Shown here: piece by piece, positions 46,475-57,643 of the stretch
How positions within the stretch are numbered: the stretch's first letter is position 1
How the letters are laid out: each line of letters begins with the position of its first letter
DNA from: Minisyncoccota bacterium
GTDB taxonomy: Bacteria > Patescibacteriota > Minisyncoccia > Phycocordibacterales > UBA9973
Direction of reading: 5' to 3'
NCBI GenBank assembly: GCA_028718635.1
Contig: JAQULK010000001.1
Coordinates: 607,834-671,833 of the forward strand
Length of the DNA stretch: 64,000 nt
Position numbers and translations under genes: made by a program
The notes under the pieces: model-generated
Told to the model about the DNA's origin: nothing
What the model saw: the letters and a program-made list of their open reading frames with translations, nothing else
Databases searched by the model: none

Positions 46475-48958
46475 TTATATACAAGCAAGTGATGCAATAC
46501 CATCACCGGCACGAAGGCGCATTATTGTCACTCCTTGAGTTTGACGGCCCAGAGAAGAAATATCTTTTAAAGCTGTCCTGATGACTTGTCCTTTCTTAGA
46601 CATGGCAATTAATTCCAGTTCTTCTCCTGATAAAACCTTTGCCACGATGAGTTTGCCGGTTTTGGAAGTTACTTTGGCTGTTTTCACGCCTGAACCCCCG
46701 CGCTTTTGAACTTTGTATTCTTTTAGAGAAGTCTTTTTACCAAAACCATTTGCGCTCATCGTGAGGAATGCTCCCTGCCTGCCGGCAGGCAGGCCTTTTT
46801 CCATTTCCTTCTTCACGACATCCACACCGATAACCTCATCGCTCTTCCTTAGTCTGATACCACTCACTCCTCCGGCCGTCCTGCCCATCTCGCGCACGTC
46901 GGACTCTTTAAATCTGATCGATTGGCCATTCGCTGTGGCGATCATCACTTCATCCCCTTTTTCTACAGAAAGAGCAGAGACAAGCTGATCATCCTTATCA
47001 AGGCGAATAGCAATAATCCCGCTTCTGCGCACGTCTTTGAAGCTCTCCGAGGACATTTTTTTGGCTGTGCCATCTTTTGTTACCAACATAAGCGAGGAAG
47101 AAGCCTTGGCTAAATCTTTCGGCATTGCCAAGATGGAAGTCACTTTTTCATCAGAAGAAAGAGAAAGAAAATTCATAATGGATTTTCCTTTTGTCGCTCT
47201 CCTGCCCTCGGGAATATCATACATTTTCATTTGATAAACTTTGCCGAGGTTCGTAAAGAAAAGCAGATTGCTGTGGGTAGAGCCGGAAACAAGCTTCGTA
47301 ACAAAATCTTCTTCTTTGGTTTCAAGATCAATTACGCCCACACCTCCCCTTTTTTGGGCATGATATTCAGACGGATCTGTGCATTTTACATAACCGCCGG
47401 CTGTGAGTACGAGCATCGTTTCTTTTTCTGGCACTAGATCTTCGTCAGAAATTTCTTTCACTCCGCCTTTCACTATTCTCGTCCTTCTTTCGTCCGCGTA
47501 TTTTTCGCGGATTTCTTTCAATTCACTGGCAATCACTTTTAATATTTTCTTTGAACTAGCAAGCAAATCTTTCATCGCCTCGATAAACTTTTGTTTTTCT
47601 GCAAGCTCATCTTCTACGGCTTTTCTCTCCAGTCCGGCCAATTTAGCCAATTTCATTTCCAAAATAGCAGTCGCTTGCAAATCTGAAAACTTAAATTCTT
47701 TCATTAAATTCAATTTTGCAAGTTGAGAATTCTTGGATCCGCGGATAATAGTAATCACGCGATCTATCTTGTCTAATGCTTTTTTCAATCCAAGTAAAAT
47801 GTGTTCGCGCTCTTGAGCTTTTTTCAAATCATATGCGGTTCTCCTTTTAACAATCTCTTTTCTATGCTCTATAAATAAGGCTAAAATGGATTTGAGAGAT
47901 AAAGTTTGCGGCACGCCATCCACCAACGCAACCATATTAAAATTAAAATTTGATTCAAGCTGGGTATTTTTATAAATATAATTTAAAACTTTTTCCGGAT
48001 GAGCGCTCGATTTTAAATCGATCACCACTCGGATATCTTTGGTAGATTCATCTCGAAGTCCTTTTATACCTTCAAGTTTTTTCTCTTGAACTAATTCGGC
48101 AATGCTGATTATTAAATTAGCTTTATTTACTCTGAAAGGTAGAGAGGTGATAATAATAGAAAAATTCCCATCTTTTTGTTCTACAATCTCTGCTTCACCT
48201 CTACACACTACTCCGCCTCGCCCTGATCCATATGCATGAAGCATGTCTTTGTATCCATAAGCGATACCGCCAGTAGGAAAATCCGGTCCTTTGACAAATT
48301 GCATCAGATCTTCGGTAGTTGCCTCACTATTTTCAATTAAATAATTTGTAGCATCAAGAATTTCCGCCAAGTTGTGCGAAGGAATATTTGTCGCCATGCC
48401 GACAGCGATACCGAGCGTGCCGTTTAGAAGCAAGGCTGGAACAGCAGAAGGCAAGACTATCGGTTCTTTACGGGTCTGGTCATAGTTTGGACGAAAATCA
48501 ACTGTTTCTTTTTCCAAATCTCTCAATAACTCATTGGAGATCTTCATCATTTTTGCTTCCGTATAACGCATAGCTGCAGCATTATCTCCGTCGATTGAAC
48601 CAAAGTTCCCTTGTCCCCAAATCAAAGGATAGCGATAGGAAAACTCTTGAGCCATTCCAACCATGGTGTCATAAACAGCCGTATCACCATGTGGATGATA
48701 TTTTCCGAGCACATCTCCGACTATCGCCGCGGACTTTCGAAAACGCGCCGAAGAAGTAAGACCCATTTCATTCATGCCAAATAATATTCTGCGATGCACT
48801 GGTTTCAATCCGTCTCGAACATCCGGCAAAGCGCGCGAAGTGATGACTGTCATCGCGTAGGCGATATACGACTCTTTCATCTCTGCCACGATATCAACCG
48901 GCAAAATGCTATCTGCTCTTATTTCTTCGTTTAATTCTGGTGTAGACTTTTTTGCCAT
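46475..48958 (-). CDS. gyrA: DNA gyrase subunit A, with an in-frame LPAGRQ in the CTD
   Basis: [24 protein letters not shown], GyrA box QKRGGVG. Confidence 0.98.
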   Translation of the reverse strand: MAKKSTPELNEEIRADSILPVDIVAEMKESYIAYAMTVITSRALPDVRDGLKPVHRRILFGMNEMGLTSSARFRKSAAIVGDVLGKYHPHGDTAVYDTMVGMAQEFSYRYPLIWGQGNFGSIDGDNAAAMRYTEAKMMKISNELLRDLEKETVDFRPNYDQTRKEPIVLPSAVPALLLNGTLGIAVGMATNIPSHNLAEILDATNYLIENSEATTEDLMQFVKGPDFPTGGIAYGYKDMLHAYGSGRGGVVCRGEAEIVEQKDGNFSIIITSLPFRVNKANLIISIAELVQEKKLEGIKGLRDESTKDIRVVIDLKSSAHPEKVLNYIYKNTQLESNFNFNMVALVDGVPQTLSLKSILALFIEHRKEIVKRRTAYDLKKAQEREHILLGLKKALDKIDRVITIIRGSKNSQLAKLNLMKEFKFSDLQATAILEMKLAKLAGLERKAVEDELAEKQKFIEAMKDLLASSKKILKVIASELKEIREKYADERRTRIVKGGVKEISDEDLVPEKETMLVLTAGGYVKCTDPSEYHAQKRGGVGVIDLETKEEDFVTKLVSGSTHSNLLFFTNLGKVYQMKMYDIPEGRRATKGKSIMNFLSLSSDEKVTSILAMPKDLAKASSSLMLVTKDGTAKKMSSESFKDVRRSGIIAIRLDKDDQLVSALSVEKGDEVMIATANGQSIRFKESDVREMGRTAGGVSGIRLRKSDEVIGVDVVKKEMEKGLPAGRQGAFLTMSANGFGKKTSLKEYKVQKRGGSGVKTAKVTSKTGKLIVAKVLSGEELELIAMSKKGQVIRTALKDISSLGRQTQGVTIMRLRAGDGIASLACI

Positions 48959-48962
48959 TTGA

Positions 48963-49178
48963 TTATTGGATTGGTTGGGTAATATCGTCTTTTAAAATTG
49001 AAAACGGTTTTAAATCTTGAAGCATTTTTGTTTGAGTGTCTGTGTCCGTCAAATTTGTTCCTAAAGAATAAATCCAAAATAAAAATAAAACAATTGCACA
49101 GATAATTATCGTAATGTGCAAAATATGTCTCTTAATGTGTTCAGGCTGTTTCCTTATGTGATGAATTACTCTTTTCAT
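48963..49178 (-). CDS. Small single-TM protein
   Basis: Tight spacing within the gene run; one TM segment. Confidence 0.6.
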   Translation of the reverse strand: MKRVIHHIRKQPEHIKRHILHITIIICAIVLFLFWIYSLGTNLTDTDTQTKMLQDLKPFSILKDDITQPIQ

Positions 49179-49182
49179 AACT

Positions 49183-49830
49183 TTATATTGGTTGCAAGAT
49201 TATCACTTCCCCTTCTTTGTTATCTAAATCTTTTCTCTTTAAGGTCAACTTGTCCACCACTTGCGCTTTTTCTTCGCCTATCTCTTTTAAAAATACTTTC
49301 AAGGTATTCTCGTCATAGTCCATCGGAATTATTAATCTCGGCTCAAGGGACGATGCAAGTTTGGCTGCCATCTTTGCATCCAATAAGCCTCCCTCTTTCC
49401 CTTTTCCCCCCACGGGGATGAAAAGAATATCTGGACTGCTCAATGACTCGCGGGACTCTTTGGAAAGTTCTCCTTCTGACAAAGCTCCTAAAAAGGTAAT
49501 ATTAATATTGTCTACAGAAAGAGAATAAATAGTATTAATATATTTCTTTCCGGCAATCAATGAATGCGACAAGAGACCTTTGATAAAAATCTCTTTTATT
49601 TCATAATCTCCCGGTCCGTTGATAACAAAAGGCGTTCGCTCGCCATGGCTTAATTGTTCTATACCGTTATAGTCAGGATGATTGGTAGTTACCAAAGCGA
49701 CATCTGCGCCAAAATGCGCCGGTGCGTTGATTTTTGAATTCTTACTTATGGGATTAAAAGCGAGCACCATCTCCCCTTGCTGTATTTTAAAAAATTGGCG
49801 TCCGTTGTATGTGATTATCATTATTTGCAT
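49183..49830 (-). CDS. Metallo-beta-lactamase fold protein (degenerate metal site)
   Basis: ADVALVTTNHPDYN, INGPGDYEI, DILFIPVGG, EPRLIIPM. Confidence 0.75.
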   Translation of the reverse strand: MQIMIITYNGRQFFKIQQGEMVLAFNPISKNSKINAPAHFGADVALVTTNHPDYNGIEQLSHGERTPFVINGPGDYEIKEIFIKGLLSHSLIAGKKYINTIYSLSVDNINITFLGALSEGELSKESRESLSSPDILFIPVGGKGKEGGLLDAKMAAKLASSLEPRLIIPMDYDENTLKVFLKEIGEEKAQVVDKLTLKRKDLDNKEGEVIILQPI

Positions 49831-49979
49831 TCTAACATAATTTTTGCTATATTGGAAATATTATCAGCCAGTTGGCTGATCCGCCTACTGGCGGAAAAGC
49901 ATGGATTTAGGGTAACCTTTTGACAAGTTGTCAAAAAACCTAGACCTTATATCCGCTTAAAGGCGGATTTTTTAATTAT

Positions 49980-51056
49980 ATGGAAAACGAAGAAATAAAA
50001 GAAAATTTAGTGTTGAATTCGGTCGTAGATCGCAGTGCCAACAAACCGGAAATTGATTCTCTTGTAGAGGGTCCGGTAATTTTAATAGCAAAATCTTCAG
50101 TATATGTGGATTTGGCGCCCTTTGGTATAGGTATTATTTATGGCCGAGAATTTATTAATGCAAAGGATGTCATAAACAAGATCAACCTTGGCGACATTAT
50201 CAAGGCAAAAATTGTCGAAACAGAAAATGAAAACGGCTATACCGAACTTTCCTTAAAAGAAGCAAGACAAGCTCTGGCTTGGAGTGAAGCTGAGAAAGCT
50301 ATCAAATCAAAAACAATTTTAAATTTAGAAGTAAAAGATGCGAACAAAGGAGGCCTCATTTTGGAATGGCAAGGCATCCAAGGGTTCCTGCCTGCTTCCC
50401 AGCTTAAAGCAGATCATTATCCTAGAGTGTTAGATTCAGATAAAGACAAAATATTAAAAGAATTGAAGAAACTTGTCGGAGAACATATTTCTGTAATGAT
50501 TATTTCCACGCTTCCAAAAGAAGGAAAATTAATCTTTTCTGAAAAAGACAATAATCCTGAAGAGAAAAAAGAGATTTTGAGCAAATACAATGTCGGAGAC
50601 AATTTAGACTGCACCGTTGCGGGTATTGTCGATTTCGGCGTCTTCCTGAAATTAGAAGACGGGTTAGAGGGGCTTGTTCATATTTCCGAACTTGATTGGG
50701 GATTAGTTGAGGATCCAAGAAATATTTTCAAAGTTGGAGATAAAGTGAAAGCTAAAGTAATTGAAATCAAGGACGGCAAAATCTCTCTTTCAATTAAGGC
50801 TCTAAAAGAAAATCCATGGAAAGAGTTTGAAGGAAAATTGAAAAAAGGAGACATTATCAAAGGAGTAGTTATCAAATACAACAAACACGGCGCACTCGTA
50901 TCTATAAAAGAAGGCGTCGCAGGGCTTGTACACAACTCAACCTTTGCTTCCGAGGCCAAACTTCGCGAGAAATTAGAGCTTGGAAAAACTTACAATTTCC
51001 AAATTACCCTCTTTGAACCAAAAGATCAAAAAATGACGTTGATATATTTGGAATAA
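49980..51056 (+). CDS. rpsA: 30S ribosomal protein S1 (4 domains)
   Basis: ANKGGL, GFLPASQ, DFGVF...EGLVHISEL, ISLSIKAL. Confidence 0.9.
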   Translation: MENEEIKENLVLNSVVDRSANKPEIDSLVEGPVILIAKSSVYVDLAPFGIGIIYGREFINAKDVINKINLGDIIKAKIVETENENGYTELSLKEARQALAWSEAEKAIKSKTILNLEVKDANKGGLILEWQGIQGFLPASQLKADHYPRVLDSDKDKILKELKKLVGEHISVMIISTLPKEGKLIFSEKDNNPEEKKEILSKYNVGDNLDCTVAGIVDFGVFLKLEDGLEGLVHISELDWGLVEDPRNIFKVGDKVKAKVIEIKDGKISLSIKALKENPWKEFEGKLKKGDIIKGVVIKYNKHGALVSIKEGVAGLVHNSTFASEAKLREKLELGKTYNFQITLFEPKDQKMTLIYLE

Positions 51057-51064
51057 AAAAGGAT

Positions 51065-51100
51065 AAAAAACTGCCCCGACTTAAGTCGGGGCAGTTTTTT
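51065..51100. terminator. Bidirectional terminator built on the CCCGAC-N-GTCGGG repeat
   Basis: aaaaaactgccccgac-ttaa-gtcggggcagtttttt between convergent genes. Confidence 0.85.
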
Positions 51101-51740
51101 ATGTAGTTGAATTTTGGGTGACCATCGCTAGATCTTCATCTCCGATATCTTTCATTATAGATATAACCTGATCAGCGTATTTAGGAATTATAGAAGGTGG
51201 ATTATAAGCATGAAGGATTCCTTTAGTAGTTTTATCGTCATAGTGTTTGGCAGTCTTTGGGTTATTTCCACCTAAATTTTTAGCAACGGTTTCAATAGCT
51301 CCATCAACTGATTTGAAACCAATCTTGCATGACCCCCAGCCAAAAGGATTATTTTCTACTTTTTTACACTTGAATTTTCCTCCAGTAGATTCTCGCACCG
51401 CGATAGACGGCAACAAACGCCAGTCGAGGTCGTTCTTTTCCGCCTCTTCTACCATTTTCATACCAGTTCCTTCAAGTGGCATATCGTGCTCGGCAAAATA
51501 TGCATCAATAGCATCAGCCTTTTGCTGTCGTGCTAAGATCTTATCATCCACTTTTGGGTCTTCCTTAAGATCAATAACCTGATTAAAAGCTAGAGTTCCT
51601 TTGGATTCAATATTAACTTTTTTGACCAACACGTTTTGAGAAGTCTCAATATTATGAATGCCAGATATAGAGATTGGCATAATCACAACAGGCAAAAGCA
51701 CTAAAGACTGTGCAAAACGTATTAGATTGTTTTTTTTCAT
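51099..51740 (-). CDS. Secreted lysozyme-like/glucosaminidase-like protein
   Basis: DWRLLPSIAVRESTGG, NNPFGWG, YNPP...YADQV. Confidence 0.65.
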   Translation of the reverse strand: MKKNNLIRFAQSLVLLPVVIMPISISGIHNIETSQNVLVKKVNIESKGTLAFNQVIDLKEDPKVDDKILARQQKADAIDAYFAEHDMPLEGTGMKMVEEAEKNDLDWRLLPSIAVRESTGGKFKCKKVENNPFGWGSCKIGFKSVDGAIETVAKNLGGNNPKTAKHYDDKTTKGILHAYNPPSIIPKYADQVISIMKDIGDEDLAMVTQNSTT

Positions 51741-51973
51741 ATTATAGCGGTATTTGCTCCGCCAACACCTCTACTGTCTACTTCAGCCAAACTTTGACTT
51801 ACGCGTTTATAATATCATTAGTCTTAGTAAAAGTCAATAGTTATGCAACATTTTTGTCATATGTCAAATCAAAAATACCTTGTAAAATAAGGATATAATG
51901 GAATATACCTATTGACAAAAAGGACTAAAAATAGGATAATTAAGGACTTGTGGACAACTTTTTTGCCCCGACC

Positions 51974-53263
51974 TTAAAGTCGGGGTCCCGATACAAGGTC
52001 GGGAAATACTTTCTCAGCAACTTTATACGCTTCTCCTGCTCCCATTGTCACAAATACGTCATTTTCACCTAATTTCATCCTACTTACCCTCTCTTCTGCT
52101 TCAGTAAAACTGCTAAAAGCGGTTACTTCTCCGCGGTGCGTACGCATTGCTATGGCTAATTTCTCACTAGAAACCTCTTGATCAGGATTTTCACGGGCAA
52201 AATAGATTGGTAAAAGCAAAACGTTGTCAGCATCATCAAAACAAGTCACAAATTCATCAAAAAGGGCTTTGGTTCGGCTATAAAGATGCGGTTGAAAGAG
52301 AACTGTGATTCTTTTCCCTGCCTGTCCGGTAGGCAGGTGCCCTTTTGGATACAGCTCTCGCAAAGCTTCTAGACTTGCCTTTACTTCCGTAGGATGATGG
52401 GCGTAATCGTCATAAATGATTGTTCCTTCTTTTGTTACACCCTTTTTCTCTAACCGTCGCCACGTGCCTGTAAATTCTGAAAGAGACTTTTGTGCTATTT
52501 CTTCTTTGATGCCCAAAAGGTCGGCTACCGCCAGGGCTGCTGCCGCATCCATTCTGTTGTGCTGTCCTGGAACTAAAAGCTTCGGAACTTTGTCTAAATA
52601 TTTACTATAATCTGAAATCACTTTCTCACTCTGTTTTTCAAGTTGTTTAAAGGCGCTTTTAATGTCTTCTAGATCTTTATAATAATCCAAATGATCTGCT
52701 TCAATATTCGTAATCACTAAAATTTTTGGTTTAATGTTTAAAAAAGCTCTTTTATATTCACAAGCTTCCACCACAAAATACTTACTTCTTCCAATGATTA
52801 AATTTGATTTACTTTCTTTTAGTAAAGACCCGACAATTACCGAAGGGTCCAATTTTGCGTCCAGTAATATTTTGCCAATCATTGCTGTAGTGGTGGTCTT
52901 GCCATGAGTACCAGAAACTGCAATGGTGTACTTATTAGAAGTCACGATACCTAATGCCTCTGGATAACTTAATTTTTTAACTCCAGAATTATTTAATTCA
53001 GTAAAAAACTTCGGGTCATATTGAGCAACTGAAAGCGAAAATATAACCAATTCAACATCTTTTGGAATCAATTCCATCGCTTGACCCAAAGTTATTTTAG
53101 CTCCGAGCCTTTGGAGCTCGTCAGTTATTCCACTCATTGAGATGTCTGACCCAAAGACATCTTTCCCTTCCAAAAGCATCATTCGTGCAATAGCCGATAT
53201 GCCGATCCCCCCGATTCCCACAAAAAATACTTTTTTAATTTTTGATAAATCAAATTTTTCCAT
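51974..53263 (-). CDS. murC: UDP-MurNAc--L-alanine ligase
   Basis: GIGGIGIS, GTHGKTTT, DDYAHHPTE, FQPHLYSRT. Confidence 0.96.
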   Translation of the reverse strand: MEKFDLSKIKKVFFVGIGGIGISAIARMMLLEGKDVFGSDISMSGITDELQRLGAKITLGQAMELIPKDVELVIFSLSVAQYDPKFFTELNNSGVKKLSYPEALGIVTSNKYTIAVSGTHGKTTTTAMIGKILLDAKLDPSVIVGSLLKESKSNLIIGRSKYFVVEACEYKRAFLNIKPKILVITNIEADHLDYYKDLEDIKSAFKQLEKQSEKVISDYSKYLDKVPKLLVPGQHNRMDAAAALAVADLLGIKEEIAQKSLSEFTGTWRRLEKKGVTKEGTIIYDDYAHHPTEVKASLEALRELYPKGHLPTGQAGKRITVLFQPHLYSRTKALFDEFVTCFDDADNVLLLPIYFARENPDQEVSSEKLAIAMRTHRGEVTAFSSFTEAEERVSRMKLGENDVFVTMGAGEAYKVAEKVFPDLVSGPRL

Positions 53264-55697
53264 ATTTTTTCACTAAATTTTTAAACAAATCCCCTTTTTC
53301 TTCAAAATTTTTCCAAAGAGAATAAGAGGGTGACGCGGTAGATAAAAGACAAACCTTTCCTTTGGGTGTATTTTTAAAAGCAAACTTAACTGCTTCCTCC
53401 ATACTTCGTGTTTCTAAAATTTTGAAACCTTTTTTTGACCTCAAAATTCTTTTACCAGTATCAGGAAATAATACTATGTTTTTTATATAACTCTTTCTCA
53501 AAACTTTTTCCAATTCATTAAAATGATAGCCGCGGTCCTCTCCTCCGAGAAAAATCGTAGTAGTATTTGGAAGAGCTTGAATAGCTGCAATGGTGGACTC
53601 CGGAGTAGTAGAGATAGCATCATCGTAAAATTTTATCCCCTTAAATTCTCCTACGTATTCAAGACGATGCGATAAACCCTTAAAATTAGCAACTGTTTTT
53701 TTTATTACACTATCAGAAATATTAAACAACTTAGCGACTTTTACCGATACTTTTATATTTTCTAAATTATGTTTTCCGAGAAGAGATATTTCAGACTTTT
53801 TGAATATAATTTTAGAAGTAAAAGGCGGACAGAGAGCAATGTCTCCAGGCTTTTGGAATTTAAAAATATTATTTTTAGCTTGATAGTAATTTTCCACTCC
53901 TCTGTGGTAATTCATATGTTCTGGAAATAAATTTAAGAGCACGGCTACATTCGGTGAATATTCTATGTCTTCCAGCATATAACTTGAAAGCTCTATCACA
54001 AAAATTTCATCAGGCTTTGGAGAGTCAAGTAATGCTCCAAGCATTGGGTTGCCTATATTGCCCAATAGGCGAACTTTTTTACCAGATTTTTTAAAAATTT
54101 CATATATCAAACTCGTTGTTGTGCTTTTCCCTTTGCTCCCAGTAATTCCAATAGTAAAATTTTTATTTTTAGAAAAGAAAATATTTGTAGCAGTAGTATA
54201 AGTAATTTTTACTTTATCTTTTGGAATACCTGGAGTTTTAATTGCAAAATCATATTCACTTTGTTTTTCAAGATAATTCTTATCAATGCTCTGATCTAGA
54301 ATTCCGATTTTTAATTCAGGGTAATTTTTCTTTAGATATTTTTCTGTTACTTTACCTTCTTTGCCATAACCGAGAATACACACATTCTTTAAGCCAAGCA
54401 ATTTAAATTGCGTAGGTAATGTAGGAGCGCTATAAGTTTTGAATACTTTTGGAATAATTTTCTCAACATCTTTTACCAAAGGAAGTAAATTTTTCACAAC
54501 AATATCTTCCCCAAAACCTTTTTTCGAAGCTAAATGTAGAGCAACTTGAGATTCATCAAATGTTCCAACACAATCAAAAGGTTTCATTTTTCCAAAACCA
54601 AGAATATCTCTATATAAAGATAAAAGTTTCTCATCAGCGAGTAAATTCTTACCAAAAATTTTAATCAATTTTTTTTTTTCAACAAAAGGCGTAAACATTA
54701 AAAAAACAAATAAACATTTAGGGCACTCCCCACACCAAAGAGAGATTGGGCGAGATTTAAAAATTCTAAAGTTTCTATTACAACTAGAAAATAGAGGGAA
54801 ATATTTTTTATGTTGAGCAAACATTTTTGCAATTCTAATTTCATGAAACTGACGAAGCAGAGAAAAATAAACAATATCTGGAGTAATGAATGTCCTAACA
54901 TATTCCTGAAATAATGATTCAAATTCAGCGGACTTACTCCATTGATGATTAATCACTTCACCTTTGTATTTTATATTGCCAAAATTACTGCTGAATTCAT
55001 TACCTACGACAACATATTCATATTCATACAAGAAAGCCGATAAAATTCCTAAAAATGCAAAAACTGCTGAAACTGGAATATGTCCATTATAAGATCCTTC
55101 ATATTCCTTAAAAATTTTTGGGTCGAGAATTCTTTTTATGATAAACGAAGACTTATTGGATTCTTCAATAATTCTATTAGAAATCAAATCGGGACGCCCT
55201 GCTTCAACTAAGAATAAAGAAGTCTTAAAATTCTTTAAAAGTTCCATGGCAACAATAGAATCTTTGCCACCACCTATTCCAAGTAAAATAGAATTATTTG
55301 TTTCTATACGTACAGTTTTAGTCTTTTTATTTTTATATGGAAACTTTGCTAGTTTTTGAGAATCTAGTTTATTTCTATATAAAAATTCTCCAAGGCCTTT
55401 CTGATAAACAGTATTCCAAAACTCAGCTTCTTCTTTCGAAAGTTCAAAAAGGGTTGAAATTTTTGGTGGACAATATAATTTATAATAACTGATCCCTAAA
55501 ATTAAACTCAAAGGCTCAAGAAACTTATGAATCTCTTTTTTTTTTAGATTCTTTGAAATCTTAGGTAAAATTATGATTTCAGAGAAATTTATAGGTTCAC
55601 AATTATAAAATTCTATGCTGTATTTAAAGATTATTTCTGCCCTTTCTGAATAAATCTGATAACCAATAAACTTAAAAGTTTTAGCTTTTGGAGCCAT
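53250..55697 (-). CDS. murD: Fusion of a MurL-type epimerase (N-terminal) and a MurD ligase (C-terminal)
   Basis: N: GGGKDS, NGHIP, NHQWSKS, FSSCNRNF, WCGECPKC; C: GITGSKGKSTT, GNIG, ELSSY, HRLE, SPSYS.WKNFEEKG. Confidence 0.85.
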   Translation of the reverse strand: MAPKAKTFKFIGYQIYSERAEIIFKYSIEFYNCEPINFSEIIILPKISKNLKKKEIHKFLEPLSLILGISYYKLYCPPKISTLFELSKEEAEFWNTVYQKGLGEFLYRNKLDSQKLAKFPYKNKKTKTVRIETNNSILLGIGGGKDSIVAMELLKNFKTSLFLVEAGRPDLISNRIIEESNKSSFIIKRILDPKIFKEYEGSYNGHIPVSAVFAFLGILSAFLYEYEYVVVGNEFSSNFGNIKYKGEVINHQWSKSAEFESLFQEYVRTFITPDIVYFSLLRQFHEIRIAKMFAQHKKYFPLFSSCNRNFRIFKSRPISLWCGECPKCLFVFLMFTPFVEKKKLIKIFGKNLLADEKLLSLYRDILGFGKMKPFDCVGTFDESQVALHLASKKGFGEDIVVKNLLPLVKDVEKIIPKVFKTYSAPTLPTQFKLLGLKNVCILGYGKEGKVTEKYLKKNYPELKIGILDQSIDKNYLEKQSEYDFAIKTPGIPKDKVKITYTTATNIFFSKNKNFTIGITGSKGKSTTTSLIYEIFKKSGKKVRLLGNIGNPMLGALLDSPKPDEIFVIELSSYMLEDIEYSPNVAVLLNLFPEHMNYHRGVENYYQAKNNIFKFQKPGDIALCPPFTSKIIFKKSEISLLGKHNLENIKVSVKVAKLFNISDSVIKKTVANFKGLSHRLEYVGEFKGIKFYDDAISTTPESTIAAIQALPNTTTIFLGGEDRGYHFNELEKVLRKSYIKNIVLFPDTGKRILRSKKGFKILETRSMEEAVKFAFKNTPKGKVCLLSTASPSYSLWKNFEEKGDLFKNLVKKYGKI

Positions 55698-55718
55698 AAA
55701 ACCATATTAGCATAAGAT

Positions 55719-56966
55719 TTATTGAAATGCTTTCTTAAGCTCTTCCATATCATCAAAATGATGTTTTATTCCTTTTATTTCTTGATAGTCCTCGTGTCCT
55801 TTGCCGGCGGAAAGTATAATGTCACCCACTTTCGCAATTCTAACTGCTTCCTTTATTGCTTCATGTCGATTAGTTATAGTTTTTACTTTTTCTAAAAGTT
55901 CGGGAGATAAGCATTCTTTCATTTGTTCAATGATTTTGTCTGGATCTTCGCTTCTAGGATTGTCAGAAGTAAAAATTGCAATATCAGAAAGCGTTGCCCC
56001 GATATGACCCATGATTCTTCTTTTTGTCGAATCTCTGTCGCCTCCACATCCAAATATAGAAATTACCTTGCCCTCTTTTGGTTTTATCTCTTTTATAGCC
56101 ATCAAAATTTTCTCTAAAGCATCGGGCGTATGCGCATAATCCACAATTACTGAAACTCCATTCGGAGACACAAAATGCTCAAAACGTCCACGGGGAGGCT
56201 CAATATTTTCTAAAATCTTTTTTACTTTATCCATATCAAAACCCAAGAGTTCACTCGCACTCCACACTGAGAGTAAGTTGTAAGCATTAAACTTACCAAG
56301 AAGTTTTGAACTAACTTCTATTCCATTAAAATTCAAAACCGAACCGGAAAAATCTATTTTAGAAATTTCTCCGTGAAAATCTTCTCCGCCTTTGAATCCA
56401 TAAGATACTTTCCCAGTTTTTATTTCTTCAAGCATCCTCTCTCCGTATTCATCGTCAGTATTAGAAAGGGCAAAAGCGTGAAGTGGAAGCATCTTAAAGA
56501 ATTTCTTTTTTGCTCCAAAATAATTCTCAAAATTTTTATGATAATCTAAATGATCGTGAGTCAGATTGGTAAAAATTCCTCCGGCAAAATTTATTCCTGC
56601 TACTCTTTTTTGATCAAGCGCATGCGAACTCACTTCCATAAATACATATTCGCACCCTTTCTCTGACATTTTATTTAATAATTTATATAAATTTATCGGG
56701 TCAGGGGTCGTTCCCGGTACTGGTCTGCCTTCTTCGGAAAGAACCACGTCTCCATTTATTATATTTTCTACAGTACTAATAAGACCTGCTTTATAGCCAA
56801 GACCTATCGCTATTTTATAAAGAAGGGTAGCTGTGGTCGTTTTGCCATTTGTCCCCGTTACCCCAGCAATCTTCATTTTTTTAGAAGGATTGCCATAAAA
56901 ATGCATCCCTGCCAATAATGCAATTCCCCGCCTCTTTAATTTTAGATTTTTAACTATGTTTTGCAT
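55719..56966 (-). CDS. murE: UDP-MurNAc-tripeptide synthetase MurE
   Basis: GVTGTNGKTT, MEVSSH, DYAHTPD, GCGGDRD, DNPR (mDAP-type); start set at MQNIV. Confidence 0.95.
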   Translation of the reverse strand: MQNIVKNLKLKRRGIALLAGMHFYGNPSKKMKIAGVTGTNGKTTTATLLYKIAIGLGYKAGLISTVENIINGDVVLSEEGRPVPGTTPDPINLYKLLNKMSEKGCEYVFMEVSSHALDQKRVAGINFAGGIFTNLTHDHLDYHKNFENYFGAKKKFFKMLPLHAFALSNTDDEYGERMLEEIKTGKVSYGFKGGEDFHGEISKIDFSGSVLNFNGIEVSSKLLGKFNAYNLLSVWSASELLGFDMDKVKKILENIEPPRGRFEHFVSPNGVSVIVDYAHTPDALEKILMAIKEIKPKEGKVISIFGCGGDRDSTKRRIMGHIGATLSDIAIFTSDNPRSEDPDKIIEQMKECLSPELLEKVKTITNRHEAIKEAVRIAKVGDIILSAGKGHEDYQEIKGIKHHFDDMEELKKAFQ

Positions 56967-57285
56967 TAGTGGATACGTTCTCTTTTTTCTTCTCCAGTGG
57001 GACAATTTTGTAGTATTTATTTATATATAAAAGATCGCTCATGACTTTGCGGATAGAATCAAGCTGTAACGCTCGCATTTCAGGAGTAACATTTTCGTTT
57101 TTTATAGTCTCTTCAAAAAAACGCAGAATGCTTGTGAGCGTTGTCGTATAATCTCCAGCCTTTAAATGAAAAACCAAGCTCTTGTGATCAGAAGCTTGCT
57201 CTAATTCAAGTGAATATGTATTATTTGACCCATCTTTTGTAATTAAATATTTAGAAACCTGAATATTATATGATTGATTCGCCAT
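56950..57285 (-). CDS. Hypothetical protein
   Basis: 111-aa ORF, co-oriented with neighbours. Confidence 0.55.
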   Translation of the reverse strand: MANQSYNIQVSKYLITKDGSNNTYSLELEQASDHKSLVFHLKAGDYTTTLTSILRFFEETIKNENVTPEMRALQLDSIRKVMSDLLYINKYYKIVPLEKKKENVSTNAKHS

Positions 57286-57338
57286 ATTTCTATTGTAACA
57301 TAATACTTTTTGATAAGAATTGTGGATAAATAAATTTT

Positions 57339-57599
57339 TTATTTTGGTTTTATTAAAATTTCTTGTTCAATTTTTTTAAATCTTTCAATCTCCTTCCCGT
57401 CCAATACAATATTTTCTAAAAACATATGCTTTGGCCGAGCCCAAATACCTCCATCTTCTAAATGCATATAAATAACTAAATGTTCTTGATTCTCACTGTG
57501 CACTGCCTCAAAGAGAACCCTAACTTTTGTTCCCTTATAATGTTCATAAATTCCTCCGATTTCTAAATTTTTCATAGATATATAATACCCCAAAATCAA
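57339..57599 (-). CDS. DUF1653-family protein
   Basis: GIYEHYKG, A.HSE..E.LVIY, WARP..MF, RF. Confidence 0.85.
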   Translation of the reverse strand: MILGYYISMKNLEIGGIYEHYKGTKVRVLFEAVHSENQEHLVIYMHLEDGGIWARPKHMFLENIVLDGKEIERFKKIEQEILIKPK

Positions 57600-57643
57600 C
57601 TTATTACAAAAATAGACGACCGCATTATTTTATAGTATTACCA

